Positions 28,827-38,122 of a DNA stretch of 64,000 bases are shown piece by piece; positions within the stretch are counted from its first letter, which is position 1, and each line of letters opens with the position of its first letter. The position numbers and the translations under genes were made by a program. This stretch comes from Rickettsiales bacterium (GTDB taxonomy: Bacteria > Pseudomonadota > Alphaproteobacteria > Rickettsiales > UBA1997). Below the pieces are notes generated by a model, which saw only the letters and a program-made list of their open reading frames with translations, was not told the DNA's origin and made no database searches. The stretch is taken from assembly GCA_018969185.1 (NCBI GenBank), contig JAGWYT010000001.1, positions 78,112 to 142,111 on the forward strand. Direction: 5' to 3'.

Positions 28827-30103
28827 ATTATGGTATATAGATCATTCACTAAAACTTCTTTCTTCTCACCAGTTTTTCTATTTTTCATTTCAACCATATT
28901 AGCAGCAGCACTTTTTGGACCAATAATAATTTGTGTTGGAATGCCAATTAAATCCATAACAGCAAGCTTTTGACCAAGCCCAGCTTTAGTATCATCATAA
29001 ATAACATCAATATTTTTTTCTTTTAATTTAGAATAAATTTCTTCACAGAATTTATCGCAAAGTTCATCACCTTGTTTTACATTTACTAAAGCAATTTTGA
29101 AAGGTGTAAGAGCATCAGTCCAGATAATTCCCTTATCATCGTGATTTGCTTCAATTGCTGCAGCAACAACTCTTGAAACACCAATGCCATATGATCCCAT
29201 ATTAGGATAGATCGGGGAGGAGTTTGACCCCATTACTGAGGCTTCCATGGCTTTAGAGTATTTCAAACCGAAATTGAAAATATGTCCAACCTCAATGCCA
29301 CGGCGTGAAGCAATTTGCGTTTCAGAAATTGGACATTTTTCTGGCACATGCATTTCGTCAGCCATAGCATATAGGCTTTGCATAGCAGCAATATCAAGAG
29401 TTTTCGATTCAGAAAGTTCATCAAATTTTTTATCATAATAAATTGCACTTTCTCCTGTATCGGCAAGTAAGTGAAATTCGTGAGATAAATCTCCACCAAT
29501 TGCACCGGTGTCAGCGCGCACCGCCATTGGCTTTAAACCCATTCTTCTAAAAATCTTAAAATAAGTTTCATACATTAAATTATAAGTTTTTTTTGCAGAA
29601 ACCTCATCAAGATCAAAAGAATAAGAATCTTTCATTAAAAATTCACGGCCGCGCATTAAACCAAAGCGCGGGCGAATTTCATCACGAAATTTCCAATGAA
29701 TTTGATAAAGATTTTTTGGTAAATCTTTGTAAGAAGTAATGTTTTTTCTAAAGATATCAGTAATCACTTCTTCATGAGTTGGGCCGTAGAGAATGTCGCG
29801 ATCATGACGATCTTTAATACGTAACATTTCCTTACCATAAGCATCATATCTGCCAGATTCCTTCCATAATTCTGCTGGTTGAATTGTTGGCATCAAAACT
29901 TCAAGAGCACCTGATTTATCCATTTCTTCACGAATAATATTTTCAACTTTTCGCAAAACTTTTAAGCCCAAAGGAAGCCAAGTGTAAATGCCTGATGCAG
30001 TCTGGCGAATCATGCCAGCACGCACCATCAATTGATGCGATTTGATTGTGGCATCAATTGGATTTTCTTTTAAAGTTGGAAGGAAATATTGTGAAAGTTT
30101 CAT
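28817..30103 (-). CDS. proS: prolyl-tRNA synthetase (short form without the editing insertion)
   Basis: 428-aa ORF with MKLSQYFLPTLKE and class II motifs. The final codons and the TGA stop (complement of 28817-28826) lie inside the PE-A element. Confidence 0.9.
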   Translation of the reverse strand: MKLSQYFLPTLKENPIDATIKSHQLMVRAGMIRQTASGIYTWLPLGLKVLRKVENIIREEMDKSGALEVLMPTIQPAELWKESGRYDAYGKEMLRIKDRHDRDILYGPTHEEVITDIFRKNITSYKDLPKNLYQIHWKFRDEIRPRFGLMRGREFLMKDSYSFDLDEVSAKKTYNLMYETYFKIFRRMGLKPMAVRADTGAIGGDLSHEFHLLADTGESAIYYDKKFDELSESKTLDIAAMQSLYAMADEMHVPEKCPISETQIASRRGIEVGHIFNFGLKYSKAMEASVMGSNSSPIYPNMGSYGIGVSRVVAAAIEANHDDKGIIWTDALTPFKIALVNVKQGDELCDKFCEEIYSKLKEKNIDVIYDDTKAGLGQKLAVMDLIGIPTQIIIGPKSAAANMVEMKNRKTGEKKEVLVNDLYTIMSS

Positions 30104-30135
30104 ATTTTACTTAATAATTTTTGTGTGTATAATTA

Positions 30136-30163
30136 TTGACACTTTATTTTGCTTATTTATAAT
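30136..30163 (+). promoter_or_regulatory. near-consensus sigma70 promoter with no downstream plus-strand gene
   Basis: TTGACA (30136-30141), a 16-nt spacer, then TATAAT (30158-30163). Confidence 0.35.
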
Positions 30164-30182
30164 ACCGCCTTAATCACGATGA

Positions 30183-30225
30183 GGGGCGAATTATAAGGGG
30201 TAGTCCTTATGAGGTGCCCCTTTTT
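30183..30225. terminator. hairpin plus T5 run, ~20 nt downstream of the promoter above and immediately after the NYN gene stop
   Basis: GGGGC..ATAAGG-loop-CCTTAT..GCCCC followed by TTTTT on the plus strand. Confidence 0.4.
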
Positions 30226-30706
30226 ATTTGTGTAATTTTTCCTTCAAATCAGAAACAAAAGCAAGATGTTCTACTGGAATTCTTCTAAAAAGAGCTGAAT
30301 ATCCACCCCGATTTGGAATGAGTAATTTTTCTAACTTGTTTTTTTTGATTAAGAATTCTGCTAAACAGTAGAAGTCACCATCACCTGATACTATAACTGC
30401 TTTTTCATATAATTCTTCATAGGCTCCTGATACTGAATGTAACACAAGTTCAGAATCACAATTTCCTTTAATTTTACCATCTTTATTTTTCAAAGTTGGT
30501 CTGAAAATAAGAATATACCCCACTTCTTGAAGAAATTTATATAAATCTCCATTATTCTCAACAAAACCAATGAAGATATAAGCTTTTTCAACAGAATATT
30601 TATCTTTCAGATATTTTCTAAATTTTTTAAAATCTAATTTCCACCCCAAACCTGTAATTGATAAATTTAAATTCTGACTATCAATAAAAGCGTGGTTATT
30701 TTTCAT
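30224..30706 (-). CDS. NYN-domain (LabA/DUF88-like, PIN-fold) putative ribonuclease
   Basis: I place the start at MKNNHAFIDSQNL (complement of 30704-30706). It has FIDSQNL, GNCDSELV and VSGDGDF acidic motifs typical of NYN domains. It overlaps the upstream gene by 11 nt. Confidence 0.65.
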   Translation of the reverse strand: MKNNHAFIDSQNLNLSITGLGWKLDFKKFRKYLKDKYSVEKAYIFIGFVENNGDLYKFLQEVGYILIFRPTLKNKDGKIKGNCDSELVLHSVSGAYEELYEKAVIVSGDGDFYCLAEFLIKKNKLEKLLIPNRGGYSALFRRIPVEHLAFVSDLKEKLHK

Positions 30707-31367
30707 TGTGGTGAGTTTGCTTTTTAATAAAATTTTGTGCGGCTTTGACACCGTGAATATCGATTGAATGATCTAGATGAGGTATTGAATGAGATTCAAA
30801 ATTAATGCCTTTTTCATTAAGCAATTCTTGAGCTTCAAGAAAATTAGAAAATGGCACTACAGAATCTGCTTCACCATGAATTAAGCACATTTCTGGTTTT
30901 GAAATTATTTCTTCACCAAGAAGTTCTGGCAAAACTAATTTTCCAGAAAATGAAATTATTCCAGCTGGTTTTTCTGGTGCGATTAATCCTTGATAAAGGC
31001 TCATCATGCCGCCTTGCGAAAAACCAACTAAAAATAAATCCTTATAAGTTAGGGAAAATCTTTCTAATTGTGTATCAATAAAATTAGTGAGAATTTTATT
31101 TGCTCTTTTTACATCAGGAGTCATTTCAGCAATGCTTTTGTAAGCAAAACCAGAATAAAGCGAAAACCATTGATAAGAATCAGGAAATCCGCCTTCCCAA
31201 GCTTCGGGCGCATTTGGTGAAATGAAATGAGAATCTGGTAAAACATGAGCAAATTCGTGGCTTAGGCTAATTAAATTTTTACCATTGGCGCCATAGCCAT
31301 GTAAGAAAATAACTAGATATTTTGGATTTTGTGAAGCAACATGCTCAACAAATTTTAATTGTGACAT
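30696..31367 (-). CDS. alpha/beta hydrolase, phospholipase/carboxylesterase family
   Basis: 223-aa ORF with FLHGYGANG, the nucleophile elbow GFSQGG and a late HG.D...H. Confidence 0.75.
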   Translation of the reverse strand: MSQLKFVEHVASQNPKYLVIFLHGYGANGKNLISLSHEFAHVLPDSHFISPNAPEAWEGGFPDSYQWFSLYSGFAYKSIAEMTPDVKRANKILTNFIDTQLERFSLTYKDLFLVGFSQGGMMSLYQGLIAPEKPAGIISFSGKLVLPELLGEEIISKPEMCLIHGEADSVVPFSNFLEAQELLNEKGINFESHSIPHLDHSIDIHGVKAAQNFIKKQTHHNEK

Positions 31368-31397
31368 AATTTTAATCAGGAGTAGTGTTTCTAGGAC

Positions 31398-32009
31398 ATG
31401 TTAAGTGTTGATAATCTCTCATTATTCAAAAATCACAAGAAGATTTTTGAAAATATTGGTTTTTCCATTGATCTGGGTTCTGCGCTTGTAATCAACGGCA
31501 AGAACGGTTCAGGTAAAACTAGCTTGCTTAAAGTGATTGCTGGAATTTCAAAACAAACTTCGGGGAAAATTCTGTGGAGCGATATAGATATTGATGAGAT
31601 GCGTGAAGATTTTAATGGTGATTTGCAATTTATTGGACATAAGAATTTTCTAAAACAAGAATTAACCGTTGTTGAAAATTTAAAATTTTATGCATCGCTT
31701 CAAGATACGGAAATATTGATTCCAGCGGCATTGAGTTTTTTTGCTTTAGAAGGTTTAGCAAATGAAAAAGTAAAAAAATTATCTGCTGGTTGGCAAAAAA
31801 AAGTGATGCTGGCTAAACTTTTATGTTGTCCAGCAACAATTTGGTTGCTTGACGAGCCTTCAGAAAGCCTTGATAATGAAGCAAAGGAAAGGTTGTGTGG
31901 TTTGATTGAAACTAAAATAAAAGATGGTAAGGGATTAGTGATTATTGCCACTCATGATGAAATTTTTAATAAATTTGGAATGGCTGTAAGGATGGAGGAT
32001 TTTGGTTAA
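31398..32009 (+). CDS. ccmA: heme exporter ATP-binding protein CcmA
   Basis: 203-aa ABC ATPase with GKNGSGKTSLLK and LSAGWQKK. Its small size is typical of CcmA. Confidence 0.7.
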   Translation: MLSVDNLSLFKNHKKIFENIGFSIDLGSALVINGKNGSGKTSLLKVIAGISKQTSGKILWSDIDIDEMREDFNGDLQFIGHKNFLKQELTVVENLKFYASLQDTEILIPAALSFFALEGLANEKVKKLSAGWQKKVMLAKLLCCPATIWLLDEPSESLDNEAKERLCGLIETKIKDGKGLVIIATHDEIFNKFGMAVRMEDFG

Positions 32010-32875
32010 ATCATTTCAAACTTCGCTTCATCACTCTTCTTCAAAATTTGCAAAACTTCTGGTAAAATCATTTTCATTTTTTCATCTAATTGCCATGGAG
32101 CATTGAAAATAAACATTCCACAAGCATTCATTTTCTCTTCTTCTTCCGGTTTTTTACCAAGATTAAAAGTTACATGCAGCTTTTTTTCAAAAGATAATTT
32201 TCCAATTTCTTGATAAAATTTTTCTAAAACTTTCTTTTCTAAATCCTTATTAATTATTGGATACCAAACTAAATAAACACCATGAGAGAAGCGTTTATAG
32301 CCTTGTTTTAGAGCATTAATTATTTTTTCATAATCAGCAGAAATTGAACTTTGATCTTTTTCAAAAGCGGGATCAATTATCACAAGACCACGTTTTTCAA
32401 GGGGTGGAAGCTTTGAACTAAGTAAATGGAAGCCATCTTCTTTTGTGATAGAAAATTTTTTATTACCAGCAAAATTTCTTTTTAATTGCGCAAAATCATC
32501 ACGATTTAATTCAGCAAAAATTGCCTTATCTTGCGAGCGCAAATAGTCTTGAATTATGAATGGAGAGCCGGGATAAAACTTAAATTTATCGGCTAATTCA
32601 GAAATTTCACAGCGATTAATTTTAGCCAGAATTTTTAAATAGCGTGGTGGTAAAAAATCTATATTGTCAGATAGCAACTTCTTAATTCCGGCTTCAGCTT
32701 CAAAAGTTTTTAGGGATTTTTCGTCAGATAAATCATATTTACCAATTCCAGCGTGAGTATCTAAAACAAAGAAGGGGCTAGGTTTTTCATGAAATTTTTC
32801 TAAAGCAAGACAAAGAATTACGTGCTTAAAAATATCAGCAAAATTGCCAGCGTGATAGATGTGATGGTAGTTCAT
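32006..32875 (-). CDS. rlmJ: 23S rRNA (adenine2030-N6)-methyltransferase RlmJ
   Basis: The 289-aa ORF is collinear with E. coli RlmJ as I remember it: YHAGNFADIFKH, DTHAG, YPGSP, IDPAFE, LVWYPI. Confidence 0.85.
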   Translation of the reverse strand: MNYHHIYHAGNFADIFKHVILCLALEKFHEKPSPFFVLDTHAGIGKYDLSDEKSLKTFEAEAGIKKLLSDNIDFLPPRYLKILAKINRCEISELADKFKFYPGSPFIIQDYLRSQDKAIFAELNRDDFAQLKRNFAGNKKFSITKEDGFHLLSSKLPPLEKRGLVIIDPAFEKDQSSISADYEKIINALKQGYKRFSHGVYLVWYPIINKDLEKKVLEKFYQEIGKLSFEKKLHVTFNLGKKPEEEEKMNACGMFIFNAPWQLDEKMKMILPEVLQILKKSDEAKFEMI

Positions 32876-33279
32876 TTACGGTAACCTAAAGAGTCTCTTT
32901 CTATTTTTTGCGATACCGAAATTGCTTCGCTGACAGTAGCGCTTGGTAATGGTTTATGCGGTTCTTCTTCTATTATTTTAAATCTTAGTTCTTCCTTCGG
33001 CACTGGTTCTCCGTGAGTTATTTTTTTAGTTGCTGATGCTCGAGTTTGATTTATAGCATTTTCTAGTGACTCACTCAAAGGATCAACTAAATCTTTATTG
33101 AGGCTTCGCTTGAATGGTACTGCTAATTTATATTTTTCAAGATGAAATCTTCCAGGCGCTCTTAAGTGTTCTAATGATGTGCGTCTTTCGGTCTGTCTTT
33201 TGCGCTGTTCTATTAATTTAAGATCTTCTTCTTTTTCAGGATTTAAAGTTCTTGTTTCTTGTCTACGTTTTTTTATCAT
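32872..33279 (-). CDS. hypothetical basic protein
   Basis: 135-aa ORF with 4-nt overlaps to both neighbours (mlaE and rlmJ). I recognise no family. Confidence 0.45.
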   Translation of the reverse strand: MIKKRRQETRTLNPEKEEDLKLIEQRKRQTERRTSLEHLRAPGRFHLEKYKLAVPFKRSLNKDLVDPLSESLENAINQTRASATKKITHGEPVPKEELRFKIIEEEPHKPLPSATVSEAISVSQKIERDSLGYRK

Positions 33280-34061
33280 CCAAAAAATATTCCAGTAATT
33301 ATGTAATTGAAGAGCAGAATTGTAATTGACGCGGCAACAACGGCATTAGTTGTTGCAATGCCAACACCTTCAGCACCACCTTTAGAATTATAGCCAAAAT
33401 AACAACCCATAATTGAAATTATAAAGCCAAAAACTGCAGCTTTGGTTAGACCAGAAAATACATCAATTGGTTCCAAGAATTTGATGGTGTTGTTGATGTA
33501 AGGTCCTGGTGAGAATCCAAGGCTATGAACACTAACTAAATAACCACCCATAACACCAATAATATCAGCAATTAAAACCAAAAATGGTAACATTAAAACT
33601 CCAGCAATTACTCTTGGTGCAACTAAATAACGAACGGGATTTGTTGAAAGAGTGCGCAGTGCGTCAATTTGTTCAGTTACTTTCATAGTGCCAATTTCTG
33701 CTGCCATTGAAGCTCCAACTCTGCCTGAAACCATTAAACCAGCAAGAACAGGGCCAAGCTCACGAGTAATTGATAATACTACAACTGTGGCAATTGTGCT
33801 TTCAGCGTTAAAACGCGAAAAGCCGGAATAGCTTTGTAATGCCAAAACCGCGCCAGAAAAAATTGCAGTCAATCCAACAACTGGCAGTGAAAAATAACCA
33901 ATTTGAATAATTTGACGTAAAATTATTTTCGGATAAAAAGGTGGCGTGAAGCATGTTCTTACTGAGTTTCCAGCAAATATAGAAATTTCACCAATTTTAC
34001 TTAAATTACTTAAAGTAAAATTACCGATTTTTTGTAAAAGATTAAGAGTTTGTGAAATCAT
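33276..34061 (-). CDS. mlaE: phospholipid/ABC transporter permease MlaE
   Basis: 261-aa ORF with RELGPVLAGLMVSGRVGASMAAEIGTMKVTEQIDAL, the MlaE signature. Confidence 0.85.
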   Translation of the reverse strand: MISQTLNLLQKIGNFTLSNLSKIGEISIFAGNSVRTCFTPPFYPKIILRQIIQIGYFSLPVVGLTAIFSGAVLALQSYSGFSRFNAESTIATVVVLSITRELGPVLAGLMVSGRVGASMAAEIGTMKVTEQIDALRTLSTNPVRYLVAPRVIAGVLMLPFLVLIADIIGVMGGYLVSVHSLGFSPGPYINNTIKFLEPIDVFSGLTKAAVFGFIISIMGCYFGYNSKGGAEGVGIATTNAVVAASITILLFNYIITGIFFG

Positions 34062-34121
34062 TTGATTTTTTTTAAGATAATTATCAAAATTGCACCAATT
34101 AGTTCTTTCAATTATATTTCA

Positions 34122-34508
34122 ATGCTGCAGATAAAGTCAAAGTCAATTACTAAGTATTTTCTCTTACCGCTTTTGCTTGCGCTTTTTATAAGTAGCAAGG
34201 CTGTTTTATTTGCTCATAGTCTTTCGCATCAATTTCAACATTCAAATAATTTTGTAACTGCCGAAAATAGCATTTTAGAAAAAATAATTTCTTCGCATTT
34301 TGCTAATTTTGTTGATGCTTCTAAAAAGGCAGAAAATTGTTCTTTATGTGAATTATGGAATTTACAAAATCAAATTTTACCAGTCGCGCTTGCAGTTTTT
34401 ACAATTCTTGCTTTTTATTTAGCTTTTATTTCTCGAGAGTTTAATAAGGTTAAACTTTCTTATCTCCTTTCTTCTTACTATTCCAGAGCTCCTCCAGCTA
34501 TTTCATAA
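34122..34508 (+). CDS. small membrane protein upstream of a TonB-dependent receptor (possibly DUF2946-like)
   Basis: I place the start at MLQIKSK. It has an N-terminal TM/signal segment, a His-rich AHSLSHQFQH and a CSLCE motif. The family assignment is tentative. Confidence 0.35.
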   Translation: MLQIKSKSITKYFLLPLLLALFISSKAVLFAHSLSHQFQHSNNFVTAENSILEKIISSHFANFVDASKKAENCSLCELWNLQNQILPVALAVFTILAFYLAFISREFNKVKLSYLLSSYYSRAPPAIS

Positions 34509-34526
34509 ATTTATTGTAGACTTCAA

Positions 34527-34715
34527 AACCCCTTTGAAAAAGGGGGTGGCTAAAATGCGTTAGCATTTTAGTCGGGGGATTTAATCTGATTTTTCATCGC
34601 TGAATTTTAAATTCCCCTTTGTCTCTTCGCTCTGCTTCCCCCTTTTTACTTAGAATTATTTTTTCTAAGTAAGAAGTTGCAATCACTAAGATGATTGTCA
34701 AAGGGGGTTAAAAAT
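34527..34715. repeat. PE-D-like inverted pair (degenerate, AT-shifted) with a short spacer
   Basis: Left unit: AACCCCTTTGAAAAAGGGGGTGGCTAAAATGCGTTAGCATTTTAGTCGGGGGATT (34527-34581). It has the same layout as the PE-D units at recJ and folP-pstA. The right part (about 34611-34715) ends ..TCAAAGGGGGTT but is poorly conserved. Confidence 0.5.
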
Positions 34716-34717
34716 TA

Positions 34718-36835
34718 ATGAATATAATTATGAAAAAAAACATCTTATTTAATGCAATTACTGCACTTGCTTTACCAATACTTCTAATTGATTTTGCAAA
34801 TGCTGCGAATATAGAAGAATCAACAATTTTAGAATATCAAGTTACTGCTAAAAAACTTGATGAATCGCGTAATAAATTATCACCAAAAACGGGTGGTAGT
34901 TCTTTTACTTTTAAACAAAGTGATATTGAAAATTTACCGCAAGGTCAGGCAACTTCGCTAAACCAAGTGCTGTTGCGCGCGCCTTCTGTAACACAAGGGA
35001 CACAGGGTCAGCTTTTTGTGCGTGGAGATCATGCAAATTTACAATATCGTATTAATGGTGTGATGTTACCGGAAGGAATTACAGGTTTTTCGCAATCTTT
35101 AGATACACATTTTGCGGATAAAGTTGATTTTTTAACGGGAGCAATGCCAGCGCAATATGGATTCAGAACTGCAGGTGTGGTTGATATTACAACTAAGAGT
35201 GGTGCTTTTGAAAAAAATAATCGCTCAGAATTGATGATTGGTGGCAATAATACCAGACAATTCAACCAGCAAATTGGTGGTATAAAAGGTAATTTAAATT
35301 ATTATCTAAATGCTACATATCTTGAAAATAATCGTGGCATTGAATCAACAACGGCAGCAAGAAAATCAACGCATAATGATACTAATCAAAATAATCTTTT
35401 TGGTTATTTCTCTTATTTAATTGATGCTTCAAAGCGTTTGAATCTGATTGTTTCAAACTCTAATAATCGCTTTCAAATTCCAAATAATCCGGGTCAGAGT
35501 GCCAACTATAGTCTTAATGGTTATAATAATGTTGATTCAAATAGTCTTAATCAAAAACAAATTGAATCAAATAAATTTGTAATTGCTGCTTTGCAAGGCG
35601 TTGCAGATAATGATGTTGAATATCAATTATCACTTTATAGCCGTTATAGCGATTTAAAATTTAGATCTGATTATGTTGGTGATTTGGTTTTTAATGGTAT
35701 AGCTTCAGACCTTGACAGAAGCAGTTTTGCAAATGGTGTGCAAGGTGATTTTTCTTATGAATTAAATGAGAAAAATACTTTAAGAAGTGGTTTCTTACTT
35801 AATAATAATCGCGTTAAAAGCGCCACTAATAATCTTGTTTTTGCAACTGATGATGATGGCAATCAAACCTCTTCAGACCCTTTTGCAATTGATGAGGGAA
35901 GTTCTAAGAACTCACAATTTGTTGGTGCTTATATTCAAAATGAATGGAAAGCATTAGATAAATTGACTGTTAATTATGGTGTAAGATTAGATGCATCTTA
36001 TGCTTATGTTAATGAAAGTCAGGTTAGTCCAAGGTTAAATACTGTTTATGATTTAACTAAAGATACTAAAATTCATGCTGGTTATTCACGTTATTTTACT
36101 CCTCCTCCAGTTTCATCAATTTCTGAAACCACGCGTAATAGATTTGAAAATACTACAAATGCTTCAGAAAGCTCACGAAATGATAAGGTTAGAGCAGAGA
36201 GAACAAGCTATTATGACGTTGGTATAAGTCATAAAGTCACGCCAAATCTTACTTTAGCTCTTGATGGTTATTATAAGCAAATCAGAAATTTACTTGATGA
36301 ACATCAATTCGGCAATTCTTTGATTTATAGCCCTTTTAATTATCAGCAAGGTAAAGCCTATGGTCTTGAATTCAAAGCTGATTACAGAAAAGACGCTTTT
36401 GCTTCTTACTTTAATTTCTCTGCACAAAATGCTTATGGTAAGAATATTATTTCTGGTCAATATATTCATGATAGTGAAGAGCTTGAATATATTTCTAAAA
36501 ATAACGTGACTTTGGATCATAGTCAAAGCTATACAATGTCTGGTGGTATTTCGCATTCATTATTTGGCACTAAATATGGTGCTGATTTTATTTATGGATC
36601 TGGACTTCGCACTGGAGAAAATAATTTGAATACAATGCCATCTTATATTCAATTTAATGCTAATATTTCACGAGACGTTGATATTATTGCGCTTGGAAAA
36701 ATGAATTTGCGTTTAGCATTGGTTAATATTTTTGACAAAAAATATCAGTTAACTGATGGTAGTGGAATTGGCGTTAGTGCTTCGCAATATGCACTAAGAA
36801 GAACTGCTTATTTAATTGTAAGTAAGAAATTTTAA
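34718..36835 (+). CDS. TonB-dependent outer-membrane receptor
   Basis: 705-aa ORF with a signal peptide, a plug region (IENLPQGQATSLNQVLLRAPSV) and a long beta-barrel ending ...AYLIVSKKF (terminal Phe). Confidence 0.85.
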   Translation: MNIIMKKNILFNAITALALPILLIDFANAANIEESTILEYQVTAKKLDESRNKLSPKTGGSSFTFKQSDIENLPQGQATSLNQVLLRAPSVTQGTQGQLFVRGDHANLQYRINGVMLPEGITGFSQSLDTHFADKVDFLTGAMPAQYGFRTAGVVDITTKSGAFEKNNRSELMIGGNNTRQFNQQIGGIKGNLNYYLNATYLENNRGIESTTAARKSTHNDTNQNNLFGYFSYLIDASKRLNLIVSNSNNRFQIPNNPGQSANYSLNGYNNVDSNSLNQKQIESNKFVIAALQGVADNDVEYQLSLYSRYSDLKFRSDYVGDLVFNGIASDLDRSSFANGVQGDFSYELNEKNTLRSGFLLNNNRVKSATNNLVFATDDDGNQTSSDPFAIDEGSSKNSQFVGAYIQNEWKALDKLTVNYGVRLDASYAYVNESQVSPRLNTVYDLTKDTKIHAGYSRYFTPPPVSSISETTRNRFENTTNASESSRNDKVRAERTSYYDVGISHKVTPNLTLALDGYYKQIRNLLDEHQFGNSLIYSPFNYQQGKAYGLEFKADYRKDAFASYFNFSAQNAYGKNIISGQYIHDSEELEYISKNNVTLDHSQSYTMSGGISHSLFGTKYGADFIYGSGLRTGENNLNTMPSYIQFNANISRDVDIIALGKMNLRLALVNIFDKKYQLTDGSGIGVSASQYALRRTAYLIVSKKF

Positions 36836-36843
36836 AAAACTCC

Positions 36844-36956
36844 GTCATCCTGAGCATTACAATCGCTTTTAGCGATTGTTTGCGAAGGATCTCTTAACAG
36901 CCGCACGAGATCTTTCGCTAAGATTTTCTAGAAGAAAATCTATAGCTCAATATGAC
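36844..36956. repeat. PE-A full element (two inverted units plus spacer)
   Basis: GTCATCCTGAGCATTACAATCGCTTTTAGCGATTGTTTGCGAAGGATCTC ... GAGATCTTTCGCTAAGATTTTCTAGAAGAAAATCTATAGCTCAATATGAC. Confidence 0.85.
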
Positions 36957-36988
36957 ACTTGCTTAACCAAAAAATAATTTTTTAAACT

Positions 36989-37633
36989 ATGATATCAAAA
37001 ATAATAAATATTATGGAATTAGGCGGAATTTTAATGTATCCGCTTTTGATCTTAGCTGTAATCGCTCTGGCAATAATGATTGATAAAATTTTGCTTTATA
37101 AAAAATTAGTGAAGTTGCCAAAAGATTTGTTGGAACTCATTGAAACATATGATTTTTCATGGCAAGAGCTTGAAGAAAAAATAAAAAATCTTTCGCCTAA
37201 AAATTATTATCACGTATTTTTTAATGTGATTGTAAAGAATCGCACTAAGCCAATTTGGTGGCTTGAATCACGTGCTGCTGATGAAGCAAAATTAATTGAA
37301 AAATCTCTTAATGGTGCTTTATGGATTCTTGAAACAATCACAACCGTGGCGCCGCTCTTAGGGCTTCTTGGCACAATTGCGGGCATGATGGATTCTTTCA
37401 AATTAATTGGTGATGACACTTTAATTAATCCAACTGGAGTTACAGCTGGAGTTGCAGAGGCTCTGATTGCAACGGCTTTTGGTTTAGCAATTGCAATAGT
37501 TTCTCTTTTTGCCTTTAATTATTTTTCACGTCAAACAGATCAAGTCTTAGATGAGATGGAAAGGCTTGGAACTAGGATTGTAGACCATATTAGGCTATAC
37601 CAACCTCTTTTGAAAAAAGGCTTTGAGCGTTAA
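36989..37633 (+). CDS. exbB: MotA/TolQ/ExbB-family proton channel
   Basis: 214-aa ORF with three TM segments and LGLLGTIAGMM, located upstream of exbD and tonB. Confidence 0.85.
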   Translation: MISKIINIMELGGILMYPLLILAVIALAIMIDKILLYKKLVKLPKDLLELIETYDFSWQELEEKIKNLSPKNYYHVFFNVIVKNRTKPIWWLESRAADEAKLIEKSLNGALWILETITTVAPLLGLLGTIAGMMDSFKLIGDDTLINPTGVTAGVAEALIATAFGLAIAIVSLFAFNYFSRQTDQVLDEMERLGTRIVDHIRLYQPLLKKGFER

Positions 37634-37657
37634 AAAACGTGCTTAACGCACGTTTTT
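37633..37657 (+). terminator. hairpin with a T-run just after exbB (possible attenuator within the operon)
   Basis: AAAAACGTGC-TTAAC-GCACGTTTTT. A second small hairpin, CTTAGCAC-TAA-GTGCTAAG, follows. Confidence 0.4.
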
Positions 37658-37720
37658 AGCGAAAAGGCTTAGCACTAAGTGCTAAGACGTAGGATTTATA
37701 AAATTCTTTTTAAACAAGAT

Positions 37721-38122
37721 ATGAAACTTAAAAGATCAAGAAAATCAAAAAAGGGACGTATTGAAATTATTCCGATGATTGATGTGATGTTTTTCTTACT
37801 CGCAACTTTTATGCTGGCGTCTCTTTCAATGCATCGTTTCGACTCCATGCCCGTAAATCTTACAAAAGGCGAAGCAGAAAAAATAAATGAGGATGTGAAA
37901 ATCACTTTAACGATTGATGCAGATAATCATATTTTCTTAAATAAAGAGTTAGTTGATTTACAATCATTATCGCAAAATTTAAAACCATTACTGACGAAAT
38001 TTTCAAAAACTGTAATTGTTGTTTCTGATAGTGAAGCTAAGCAGGGAGTGGTGTCACAATCTATGTTAGAATCTCGTAAAGCGGGAGCTGAACATTTTTC
38101 AATAATAGTGCAGAATAAATGA
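37721..38122 (+). CDS. exbD: ExbD/TolR-family biopolymer transport protein
   Basis: I place the start at MKLKRSRKSKKGRIEIIPMIDVMFFLL. The GTG-extended track ORF (37679) begins inside hairpins. Confidence 0.85.
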   Translation: MKLKRSRKSKKGRIEIIPMIDVMFFLLATFMLASLSMHRFDSMPVNLTKGEAEKINEDVKITLTIDADNHIFLNKELVDLQSLSQNLKPLLTKFSKTVIVVSDSEAKQGVVSQSMLESRKAGAEHFSIIVQNK

